Below are positions 19,249-27,394 of a stretch of DNA of 47,526 nucleotides, piece by piece. Under the pieces are notes generated by a model that was not told where the DNA came from, ran no database searches, and saw only the letters and a list, made by a program, of their open reading frames with translations. Position numbers and translations under genes: made by a program. The stretch is from contig JBMYOQ010000026.1 of the NCBI GenBank assembly GCA_049599475.1, positions 1 to 47,526 of the forward strand, in the 5' to 3' direction. This DNA comes from Opitutales bacterium (GTDB taxonomy: Bacteria > Verrucomicrobiota > Verrucomicrobiia > Opitutales > JABSRG01). The first letter of the stretch is position 1. Every line of letters starts with the position of its first letter.

Positions 19249-19352
19249 ATGGATTAAAATGAAGGCGGCAAAGAAGCAGTAGTTGCAGCAATAAGGCTAA
19301 TCAAATTTTGGGAGTCGATGACCAAAAACTCAGACTTTTTGAAACTCAACAA
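19249..19352 (+). pseudogene. Internally deleted, nonsense-mutated copy of the GxxExxY gene
   Basis: ATGGATTAAAAT..GGCAAAGAAGCAGTAGTTGCAGCAATA aligns to the gene's 5' end (GAA->TAA at codon 3). It is joined at GGA to GTCGATGACCAAAAACTC, which aligns to the gene's 3' end. Confidence 0.88.
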
Positions 19353-19375
19353 CAAATACTTAACTGGATAAAGGG

Positions 19376-19470
19376 CTCACGCCCGCTACGCTCAAGGCCC
19401 GAAGACCCAAAGCTTATGCTCAGCAATACAAGATTAGATTCAATAGGTATCTCTTGGGGTCTTGGCGTGA
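19376..19470. repeat. Hairpin repeat R3
   Basis: CTCACGCCCGCTACGCTCAAGGCCCGAAGACCCAAAG ... CTCTTGGGGTCTTGGCGTGA. Confidence 0.92.
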
Positions 19471-19491
19471 AGACTTGCCCGAATTACGCAT

Positions 19492-19524
19492 AAAAAAAGC
19501 CGCCCAATTCAGGACGGCTTTTTT
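19492..19524. terminator. Bidirectional terminator downstream of aspS
   Basis: A7-GCCGCCC-AATTCA-GGACGGC-T6. Confidence 0.85.
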
Positions 19525-19532
19525 AGGTAAAT

Positions 19533-21314
19533 CTACTCGTTGACGAGCGTTTTTATATTCAGCTCACGTAGTTGCTTAGGTGCTACACGTGATGGGCTTT
19601 GCGTCATCAAATCTTCAGCCTTTTGCGTCTTCGGGAAGGCGATGACATCGCGGATCGATGTGCGCCCTGCGAGGAGTGTGACCAAGCGGTCGAATCCAAA
19701 TGCGATACCTCCGTGAGGGGGCGCACCGTATTCAAAAGCTTCGAGCATGTAACCGAAACGGCTTTCGACGACTTCTGGATCTAGACCCAGGACATCCAAG
19801 AAAACCTTCTTCTGCAACTCGGGCTGGTGGATACGAATTGAGCCGCCGCCGAGTTCTGTGCCGTTGAGCACGAGGTCGTAGTGTTGGCCACGAACGGCTT
19901 TGGGGTCTGTATCGAGTTTTTCGATATCTTCCGGAACCGGCGATGTAAACGGGTGGTGAGCCGACACGTAGCGCCCTGCCTCTTCATCGAAAATCATAAG
20001 CGGAAACTCAATACACCAGAGGAATTTCCAGTCGTCCCATTTCAACTCAAGCTTTTCGCGACTTACGAGTAATTGAGCAGCTAAGAGACGCACACGTCCG
20101 AGGATGGTGCAGGCTTGTTCCCAATCTGAAGCCGCAAAGAAAACGACATCACCAGTCTCGACATTAAGCTTTTCCTTGAGAGCCGCTTGCTCTTCCTCTG
20201 AGAGGAATTTTAGGATCGGGCTCTTCCAGCCATTTTCATTGGCCTTAATGAAAGCGAGGCCCTTTGCGCCAAGCGACTTTGCGGCATCTTCGAGACCCTT
20301 CAGTTCGCCCTGAGTGATGTCAGCAAGACCCTTCATGTTGATGGCCTTAATCGCGCCGCCCTTATCGACGACACTCTTGAATACCTTAAATTCGGAATTC
20401 GCAAAGACATCGCCGAGGTCTTGGAGCTCGAAGCCAAAACGCATATCAGGCTTGTCCACGCCGAAGCGGTTCATCGCGTCGTGGTAAGACATGCGAAGGA
20501 ATGGAGTCTGCAGCTCCACGCCCAAAGTCTCTTTCCAGATATGCGCCATGAGGCCTTCAATCAGCGCATACATGTCTTCCCGATCAAAGAAGGAGACTTC
20601 CATATCGATTTGGGTAAACTCTGGCTGACGATCGGAGCGCAAGTCTTCGTCGCGGAAACACTTCGCCATCTGGAAGTATTTCTCAACACCCGCTACCATA
20701 AGCATTTGTTTAAACTGCTGAGGCGATTGTGGGAGTGCGAAAAACTCACCTGGCTTCGTGCGGCTAGGAACAAGATATTCGCGCGCCCCTTCCGGTGTAG
20801 ACTTAAAGAGCATGGGCGTCTCGATCTCGAGGAAGCCTTCGGAGTCGAGATACTTACGCACGGCCTGAGCTGCCTTACTACGGAGCTGCAACAGCTTGAG
20901 GTTGCTCGAGCGGCGAAGATCGAGGTAGCGGTACTTCAGGCGCAGGTCTTCGTTTACCAAATCACCCTTCTCATCCATCGGGAACGGAGGGGTCTTGGAT
21001 GCATTCAAGATCTCGGCAACTTCGACAGCGATTTCGATAGCCCCTGTAGCCATCTTATCATTGGTGGTTTCGGCGCTACGCTCAACTACCGTGCCGGATA
21101 CATGAAGAACGCTCTCGCTCTTGAGCTGCGGGATGACTTCGGCTACCTCTGAATTATTCGGATCGAGCACCAGTTGAGTCACGCCCTCGCGGTCGCGGAG
21201 ATCAACAAACTGGATGCCGCCATGGTCGCGCACGGAGTCAATCCAGCCAGCCAGAGAGACTGATTCTCCGGCATTGTCCTTGCGCAGCTCTGCGCAGTGA
21301 TGTGTTTTTTTCAT
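19533..21314 (-). CDS. aspS: Aspartate--tRNA ligase (possibly non-discriminating; RDHGG carries His)
   Basis: OB-fold RDHGG..DLRDREG, RLKYRYLDLR, STPEGAREY, LPQSPQQFKQ, motif 2 FRDEDLRSDRQPEFTQID, GAD insert and motif 3 PPHGGIAFGFDR. Confidence 0.97.
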   Translation of the reverse strand: MKKTHHCAELRKDNAGESVSLAGWIDSVRDHGGIQFVDLRDREGVTQLVLDPNNSEVAEVIPQLKSESVLHVSGTVVERSAETTNDKMATGAIEIAVEVAEILNASKTPPFPMDEKGDLVNEDLRLKYRYLDLRRSSNLKLLQLRSKAAQAVRKYLDSEGFLEIETPMLFKSTPEGAREYLVPSRTKPGEFFALPQSPQQFKQMLMVAGVEKYFQMAKCFRDEDLRSDRQPEFTQIDMEVSFFDREDMYALIEGLMAHIWKETLGVELQTPFLRMSYHDAMNRFGVDKPDMRFGFELQDLGDVFANSEFKVFKSVVDKGGAIKAINMKGLADITQGELKGLEDAAKSLGAKGLAFIKANENGWKSPILKFLSEEEQAALKEKLNVETGDVVFFAASDWEQACTILGRVRLLAAQLLVSREKLELKWDDWKFLWCIEFPLMIFDEEAGRYVSAHHPFTSPVPEDIEKLDTDPKAVRGQHYDLVLNGTELGGGSIRIHQPELQKKVFLDVLGLDPEVVESRFGYMLEAFEYGAPPHGGIAFGFDRLVTLLAGRTSIRDVIAFPKTQKAEDLMTQSPSRVAPKQLRELNIKTLVNE

Positions 21315-21329
21315 AGCTTGAGTGGTGCT

Positions 21330-22661
21330 TTACTGAAAGTCAGAAGGTTTAAAGATACGAAATGTCGTGGGTTCGCCATCGACAGCGGGGAGAGCTTCGA
21401 GCGCCTTGACGGCATCGCTCATCGCCTTTTCGTTGGTGCGATGAGTTGTCAGGACAAGTGTGGTACAGGGCTCACCGGACGCTTCACTTTGTCTTACCGA
21501 GGCAATACTGATTCCCTGTTTGGCGAGCGCCTGTGTCACCTCTGAAAGCGTGCCCACGCGATCCTGAACATTCAGGCGGCAGTAGAAACTGGATTCGATG
21601 GACTCTGGCTCAGCAAGCGAGACTTGCTCGGCGAGCTCACCACCTACATCGTCTTGAGCATCGAGGGCTTCAGATTTGCGACGTAGTGCGATGACCGCAT
21701 CGGCGATATCTCCGATAACGGAAGAAGAGGTCGCATCTTGTCCCGCTCCACGACCAATCAACATTGTAGTGCCGACAACATCACCCGTGATGCTGACACC
21801 GTTGAAGACATCGTCCACGTCGGCCATGACCTCACCCTTTGGTATCAAGCAAGGCACGACACGCAGCCAGATCTTATCCGTCTTGAAATCGCGTGAAATA
21901 ATGCCGAGGAGCTTTATTTTGTAACCCAGGCGCGAGGCCACATCCATATCCACGGAGGTCACTTTACGAATACCTTCAACGACCGTCTCGCTCAGCTTAA
22001 TCCAGCGACCATGGGCTAAGAAAGCAAGAATGACCGCCTTGTGAGCGGCATCAATCCCGTCGAGATCAAGTCCTTCGTCGGCTTCGACATATCCCAAGTC
22101 GCGAGCCGCCCCCAAGGTCTCTTCAAAGGAAATTCCCTCACGCGCCATACGGGTGAGGATGTAATTCGAAGTACCGTTGAGGATGCCGAAAATGAGTTTG
22201 AAGCGATTCGCGACAAGACCTTCCTGGAGCGCCTTGATTACTGGAATCCCACCGGCGACTGAGGCTTCAAAAAAGAACGGAGCATTATGCTCACGAGACG
22301 CCGCGAAGAGCTCATCTCCGTGGTCACAGATCAAGGCCTTGTTGGCCGATACGACCGCTTTGCCCGAAGTCAGAGCGCGCATTGTCAGATCCCGTGCTTG
22401 GTCGGTGCCGCCCATGAGCTCACATACGATATCGATCTCTGGATCGTCGACGATAGAGTCTAGATCATCCGTCAGCAAGGATGGGTCGATCTCGACCGAG
22501 CGCTTCTTGCCTAAGCTGCGCACGCCCGCTTTTACCAAATTCAAATGCACTCCGAGACGCGCTTCCAGGGCCGCGCGATTGTTCTCGATGTTTTTCCAAA
22601 CACCTTGACCGACGGTTCCGAAACCGAGGAGGCCAATTTTAATTTCAGATTTCTGGCTCAT
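21330..22661 (-). CDS. hom: Homoserine dehydrogenase with C-terminal ACT domain
   Basis: GLLGFGTVG, VSANKA, FEASVAGGIP, GILNGTSNYIL, GYVEAD, GRGAG and an ACT domain (VQDRVGTL). Confidence 0.96.
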   Translation of the reverse strand: MSQKSEIKIGLLGFGTVGQGVWKNIENNRAALEARLGVHLNLVKAGVRSLGKKRSVEIDPSLLTDDLDSIVDDPEIDIVCELMGGTDQARDLTMRALTSGKAVVSANKALICDHGDELFAASREHNAPFFFEASVAGGIPVIKALQEGLVANRFKLIFGILNGTSNYILTRMAREGISFEETLGAARDLGYVEADEGLDLDGIDAAHKAVILAFLAHGRWIKLSETVVEGIRKVTSVDMDVASRLGYKIKLLGIISRDFKTDKIWLRVVPCLIPKGEVMADVDDVFNGVSITGDVVGTTMLIGRGAGQDATSSSVIGDIADAVIALRRKSEALDAQDDVGGELAEQVSLAEPESIESSFYCRLNVQDRVGTLSEVTQALAKQGISIASVRQSEASGEPCTTLVLTTHRTNEKAMSDAVKALEALPAVDGEPTTFRIFKPSDFQ

Positions 22662-23269
22662 TATTTTTTAGAGAACCGATTTTCAGTGCCCGCGAGCAGG
22701 CGCTTTATGTTGGATTGGTGACGCACGACTATAAGCACGGCGACTACCAATGAGAAAAGAATCAGCGGCACACCCATTTGGTATGCTACAGTAAAGACAG
22801 GCATTGAGACACCAAAGAGGATGGATGCCAGGGAGACGTAGCGGCTCGAGTAAAAGGTGATTGCCCACACAACGAGTCCTGAGAGCAGCACTAGAGGCAT
22901 CATCGCAAGGATGCCGCCCATAGTCGTGGCAACCCCTTTACCCCCTTTGAACTTGATAAAGACCGAGAAGCTGTGGCCGAAAATCGCGGCTGCTAGACCC
23001 AAAATCGACAGGATCTCCGGAGATGATTGCAGCCCCATTGATTGCATCTGCGGCCAACCAGCAGCCACAAAGCCTTTCGCGGCATCCAAAAAGAAGCACA
23101 AATTCCCCGGGCCCGATCCGAGCACACGCTTCACATTGGTAGCCCCAGGACTTCCACTGCCCTGAGCAAAGATGTCCACACCCTTGCTCTTGGCGATGAT
23201 TACGGCGAATGAGATGGCTCCCAGCAAGTAGCCAATGATCACAACTGCGATGACCTCGATGGGAGCCAT
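22661..23269 (-). CDS. plsY: Glycerol-3-phosphate 1-O-acyltransferase
   Basis: GYLLGAI, GSGSPGATN, DAAKG, GHSFS..FKGGKGVAT and RHQSNIKRL..GTE. Confidence 0.95.
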   Translation of the reverse strand: MAPIEVIAVVIIGYLLGAISFAVIIAKSKGVDIFAQGSGSPGATNVKRVLGSGPGNLCFFLDAAKGFVAAGWPQMQSMGLQSSPEILSILGLAAAIFGHSFSVFIKFKGGKGVATTMGGILAMMPLVLLSGLVVWAITFYSSRYVSLASILFGVSMPVFTVAYQMGVPLILFSLVVAVLIVVRHQSNIKRLLAGTENRFSKK

Positions 23270-23279
23270 GATTCAGCGT

Positions 23280-24863
23280 TTACAAATGAACGATGCGCAC
23301 TTTGCGCACCGCCGAGTGAGACTTGATGCGTTCGAGAGCAGCTTCAGACGGATCTGAATCGACCTCGAAGACCGAGACCGCAGTGCCTTCGCCTTCACGC
23401 GCCAATGACATGTTCGCGATGTTCACTTTCTCTTCGCCGAGAACAGTGCCCAAAAATCCGACCATGCCAGGAACGTCTTCGTTCTGCATGCAAAGAAGGG
23501 TGCTTGCTGGATCGACCTCGAGCTTACGCCCATCGATCAAAACGATGCGCGGGCGGTTAGACTTGCCAATGAGAGTGCCGGCAGCAGAGGCCAAGAGTTC
23601 GCCATCGCTGAACGCTTCGATTTGAATGAGCTCGGTGTAATCGCACTCGCCAGAATCCTTAGTGACGGTCAACTTCACACCCATAGCCTCGAACTTCGCT
23701 GTGGCGTTTACTTCATTCACTGAAGATGAAATTTCGGAAAGGAAACCGCGTTGGATCGCCCGGGTAATCGGAAGGGCATCGAGATCAACGACTTTGCCAA
23801 AGTAGGTAACCTTGAGCTCCTCGACACTGTGATGAGCGAGTTGCTGAACGAAGGTGGCAAGGCTAGACCCCAATGCGAGGTAGGGGCGAATCTGCTCCAG
23901 AGTGCGCGCATCGACGGAAGGCATGTTTACCGCATTGCTAATCACGCCCGTCTTCAGTGTCGCACTGATGACCTCGGCAATTTCGATACCTACACTCTCT
24001 TGCGCTTCCTTGGTGGAAGCACCGAGGTGCGGGGTGAGGACGACGTTGTCCATGCTGCGGAAAGGATGATCTTCGGCGAGTGGCTCAACTTCAAACACGT
24101 CGAGACCTGCTGCCGCACACTTGCCAGATTTGAGCGCTTCGAGGAGGGCTTCCTCTTTGATAATACCGCCGCGAGCTACATTGAACACGCGCACGCCGTC
24201 TTTCATTTTCGCGAAAGCAGCCTCATCGACCATGTGCTTGGTCTGCGGAGTCATCGGCATGTGGACAGTGATATAGTCCGCCTGCTCAAACGCTTGATCC
24301 AGCTCGACCTTTTCGATGCCGAGGTCCTTCGCACGGGCGTCAGTGAGGTATGGATCGTAGGCGATGACCGTCATTTGGAATGCCTTGGCGCGCTTAGCTA
24401 CCTCTTGACCAATACGGCCGAGGCCCAAAATCGCGAGCGTCTTGGCGCGCAGCTCAGTCCCTGGAAATTCTTTGCGTCCCCACTGACCCGCACGCATAGA
24501 GGCCGATGCTTGAGAGATCGGGCGCGCACCACAGATCATGTGGCTAAAAGTCAACTCAGCGGTCGCGACGGTATTACCCCCCGGGGTATTCATGACGACG
24601 ACACCGTGCTCAGTCGCTGCATCGAGATCGATATTGTCCACACCGACACCCGCACGGCCGACGGCCTTGAGCTTCGGTGCTGCAGCAAAGACCTCAGGAG
24701 TCACTTTGGTCTCACTACGGACGATGATAGCAGCGGCATCTGAGGCGAGTTCTAGGATTTTTTCAGGCGACGAGCCGTATGCCTCCACGACGTCAAAGCC
24801 TTCCTGGTCTTTCAGGTAGGCAACACCAATCGGAGAAATGCGGTCTGCTACTAGGATTTTCAT
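23280..24863 (-). CDS. serA: D-3-phosphoglycerate dehydrogenase (long form, ASB+ACT)
   Basis: GRAGVGVDNID, NTPGGNT, GLGRIG, NVARGG, LDVFEVEP, TPHLGAST and a C-terminal ACT domain (NEDVPGMVG..NIANMSL). Confidence 0.96.
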   Translation of the reverse strand: MKILVADRISPIGVAYLKDQEGFDVVEAYGSSPEKILELASDAAAIIVRSETKVTPEVFAAAPKLKAVGRAGVGVDNIDLDAATEHGVVVMNTPGGNTVATAELTFSHMICGARPISQASASMRAGQWGRKEFPGTELRAKTLAILGLGRIGQEVAKRAKAFQMTVIAYDPYLTDARAKDLGIEKVELDQAFEQADYITVHMPMTPQTKHMVDEAAFAKMKDGVRVFNVARGGIIKEEALLEALKSGKCAAAGLDVFEVEPLAEDHPFRSMDNVVLTPHLGASTKEAQESVGIEIAEVISATLKTGVISNAVNMPSVDARTLEQIRPYLALGSSLATFVQQLAHHSVEELKVTYFGKVVDLDALPITRAIQRGFLSEISSSVNEVNATAKFEAMGVKLTVTKDSGECDYTELIQIEAFSDGELLASAAGTLIGKSNRPRIVLIDGRKLEVDPASTLLCMQNEDVPGMVGFLGTVLGEEKVNIANMSLAREGEGTAVSVFEVDSDPSEAALERIKSHSAVRKVRIVHL

Positions 24864-25028
24864 GGGTCTGTCTTGGGTTTGTCTCAGAGAGAAAGCGGGA
24901 GAGACAAAGGATCTAGCCCAACCTTGGCAACAGTATATGCGGAAAAGGACGATTGGATCGCCAACCAGGAGAAAGCTCCTTTGATCGACGGCAGAACTCG
25001 AATGGCGCTGTCTTTAGAGAAGAAATTG

Positions 25029-25053
25029 GGAGCAACCGATCTCCGAGCGGTTG
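25029..25053. repeat. REP-like short palindrome
   Basis: GGAG-CAACCGATC-TCC-GAGCGGTTG; shares the TCTCCGAGCG core with the hairpin at 31115-31141 read on the reverse strand. Confidence 0.5.
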
Positions 25054-25237
25054 AATACAGTGATTTCGCCCAGCTGATACGCCGCATTCGGCCGCTACCG
25101 ATTACATCATCCTAAACGCAGCGCCATTCGGCAGAACTCCGGTCCTTCCGCATTCTGAAGCCAGATTGCTGGGCTCGATCTCGATCGAGGCCGCATTGAG
25201 CACGCACAGCCCAGCCAACTCAAGCGCGCTTCAACGA

Positions 25238-26833
25238 TCACAAAAGAATCTTGATATCATACTGCCCGCGCAGTTCCGCAATATACTCTTCGAGCGCATT
25301 ACGTATTTCGGGATTTCTAACCAATTGTGGACGCGTCAGTTCGAGATTGAGATCTTTCGCAGCCTTTGTTCGCAATTCATCCTCCATTAAGGAAACGACT
25401 ATTTCCTCCTTCATCTCCTTAAAATACTGCTCTCGACTGGTCCCACCTTTGTAGGTCTTTAGCCATTCTTCAAACAAACCCTCAGAGCCCCCAAAGTCTT
25501 GATCGATCATTTTCCGCTCTTCATCGCGGAAGACAGATTCAGGGATGTGACGCCCCGACTTTTGAAACTCCATGGTAAGCACCCTACGCCTCACCATACC
25601 GTGGGTGACCTCATACTGAAGTTGCCTAACTTTTCGAGACAAGTCCTCACCCGAATGACTCCGTTCGATCTGCGGCATAATCAGCCCTATAAATTCTTCT
25701 ACATCGTCAAACCAGATCGGCTCACCATTTACCGTCGCTGCTGCACCCTCTGGCTGAAACGCTATTTTGAATTCTGCCACCTCAACATCCTCCGCTTGGG
25801 CAAGCTGTGGAGACACCATGAGAATGGAGAATACGGATACAAACGCACCTACGGCTAGCCATCCGAGTGCCCCCCTAGACCCTCTACTGAACTTCTGTTT
25901 GCTGAGGATGCGCTTAATACGCAAATAAACATCGCTTCCCCGGCTGCCTCCAGCTGCTAGAATTGCACTCGATGAAAATTCATCTGTACCATCACATAGC
26001 ATAAGCGCAGAAAGATAGTCGGTCGCATCCACACCAGATTCCACGACCAAATCATCGCAAGCCTCCTCACGACTTATCTCCAGCTGTCGGCTCGTCCACC
26101 AAACGGCTGGATGGAAAAAGAATACGGTCTCCAGAACACGCTGCAGAATCACAACCCAGTGATCATAGCGCTTCAGATGCCCGAGCTCATGCAATACAAT
26201 TGATTCGATCTGCTGCACAGTGAAACTGGATCGCAATCTTTCCGGGATCAAAATTATTGGTCTAAAAATCCCGAAAACAACGGGCGAAGCCACGCTTTTT
26301 GACCATGCGATAAGAGGCGGCATCTTCAAATCAAGTGCCTTACAGGCACAATCTAAGGCATCAAGCCACTCTGATTCTTGCATAGTGATGGATTGCGCAC
26401 GCAGTCCGCGAACCGAGGCGACACTCAACATCAAACGAGTCAGCATAAAACAAAGCCCAATAAAATACGCCCAAACAAATGCAGTCGTATCCAACAGGTA
26501 GAAAGATTCTCCAAATCCTAGGCTCATCACCTGAGAGTCCATCGTTAAAGAAACAGGGGAAACTGTAGAATCTGGCCCGTTCTCAATAAGCACACTCTCG
26601 TTTGAAACACTCCCTACAGACGACACGTTTGCGCTACCAAGCCACATATTGAAAGGCACGCAGAGAGCCAAAGCAATGAATGCGAATAAGTGAACCAGAT
26701 ATCGAGTTTTTGGAGTCAACCGGACAGCAGAGGTCAACAGAGTTACACACCCCGAAATCAGGACACCTTGCCAAAAGAAATCAACCACTGCGGGAGCAAT
26801 CTCCCAAGTAAATGCATAGAGTTTATCGATCAT
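25238..26833 (-). CDS. BlaR1/MecR1-type M56 metallopeptidase with C-terminal SurA-N-like domain
   Basis: N-terminal TMs, SPVVFGIFRPIILIP, zinc motif HELGH, FFFHPAVWW and REEACD. After the last TM, AAATVNGEPI.. resembles a SurA N-terminal domain. Confidence 0.88.
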   Translation of the reverse strand: MIDKLYAFTWEIAPAVVDFFWQGVLISGCVTLLTSAVRLTPKTRYLVHLFAFIALALCVPFNMWLGSANVSSVGSVSNESVLIENGPDSTVSPVSLTMDSQVMSLGFGESFYLLDTTAFVWAYFIGLCFMLTRLMLSVASVRGLRAQSITMQESEWLDALDCACKALDLKMPPLIAWSKSVASPVVFGIFRPIILIPERLRSSFTVQQIESIVLHELGHLKRYDHWVVILQRVLETVFFFHPAVWWTSRQLEISREEACDDLVVESGVDATDYLSALMLCDGTDEFSSSAILAAGGSRGSDVYLRIKRILSKQKFSRGSRGALGWLAVGAFVSVFSILMVSPQLAQAEDVEVAEFKIAFQPEGAAATVNGEPIWFDDVEEFIGLIMPQIERSHSGEDLSRKVRQLQYEVTHGMVRRRVLTMEFQKSGRHIPESVFRDEERKMIDQDFGGSEGLFEEWLKTYKGGTSREQYFKEMKEEIVVSLMEDELRTKAAKDLNLELTRPQLVRNPEIRNALEEYIAELRGQYDIKILL

Positions 26834-26834
26834 T

Positions 26835-27224
26835 TTAAGAGTTTCCTTTCGATTCTTCGATCAGCGCTTTGAGTTCTTCCCGCTCAGATGAAGACAATTT
26901 CTGATTCCCTAAAACACTTAAGAGAAATGCCTGAGCAGATCCGCCAAACATCTTTTCGACGAGATCTCCCACCATTCCAGATGACACCGCATCGCGACTA
27001 ATCGCGGGAGCAAAGGCATAGCCTCGACCCGCCTCGGTCCGATCCACAAAGCCTTTGTCCAGCATCAAGTTGAGCGTCGTAATCAGGCTTGTGTGCGCCA
27101 GTTTTCGCCCCACTGCCTCCAGACGCTCGCGCACCTCTCGGACCGTTAGAGGACTGGACTCCCAGAGCACATTCAGTAGCTCAAGCTCGAGTGCAGTTGG
27201 ATGTTTAGATTTTGTTCGCGCCAT
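26835..27224 (-). CDS. BlaI/MecI/CopY family transcriptional repressor
   Basis: PTALELELLNVLW, TVREV, LAHTSLITTL..KGFV and LVEKMFGGS; directly upstream of the M56 gene. Start 27224 preferred over 27239. Confidence 0.93.
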   Translation of the reverse strand: MARTKSKHPTALELELLNVLWESSPLTVREVRERLEAVGRKLAHTSLITTLNLMLDKGFVDRTEAGRGYAFAPAISRDAVSSGMVGDLVEKMFGGSAQAFLLSVLGNQKLSSSEREELKALIEESKGNS

Positions 27225-27227
27225 ATG

Positions 27228-27299
27228 TTCTATTTCCATAGAAGATAAAACGTTAAACCAAAATCAATCCGTTTCTTCTATTTTTATAGAAGATAAAAC
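27228..27299. promoter_or_regulatory. Two palindromic operators (TTCTAT-N4-ATAGAA) upstream of the BlaI-family gene
   Basis: TTCTATTTCCATAGAAGATAAAAC (27228-27251) and TTCTATTTTTATAGAAGATAAAAC (27276-27299), starts 48 bp apart. Confidence 0.75.
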
Positions 27300-27394
27300 T
27301 CTCGCGACTTTTCACAAGGTTGAGCTCGTTGAACCGAAATGCATTGGCGCAACAACCTCCCCTCCTGGCAATAGCCACAAAAACCTAAAAGCGC

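Noticed and set aside
18538..19470. CRISPR array or classical integron interpretation of R1-R3
   Set aside because: The repeats are ~90-105 bp, the intervening DNA is homologous gene sequence rather than unique spacers, and there is no cas or intI gene in the window.
19052..19493. ORFs 19052-19240 and 19308-19493 sharing DPKLMLSNT.LDSIGISWGLGV
   Set aside because: The shared peptide is simply the translation of hairpin repeats R2 and R3; there is no independent sign of coding.
20421..21152. 243-aa plus-strand ORF
   Set aside because: Antisense shadow of aspS.
23751..24743. 330-aa plus-strand ORF
   Set aside because: Antisense shadow of serA with no recognisable motifs.
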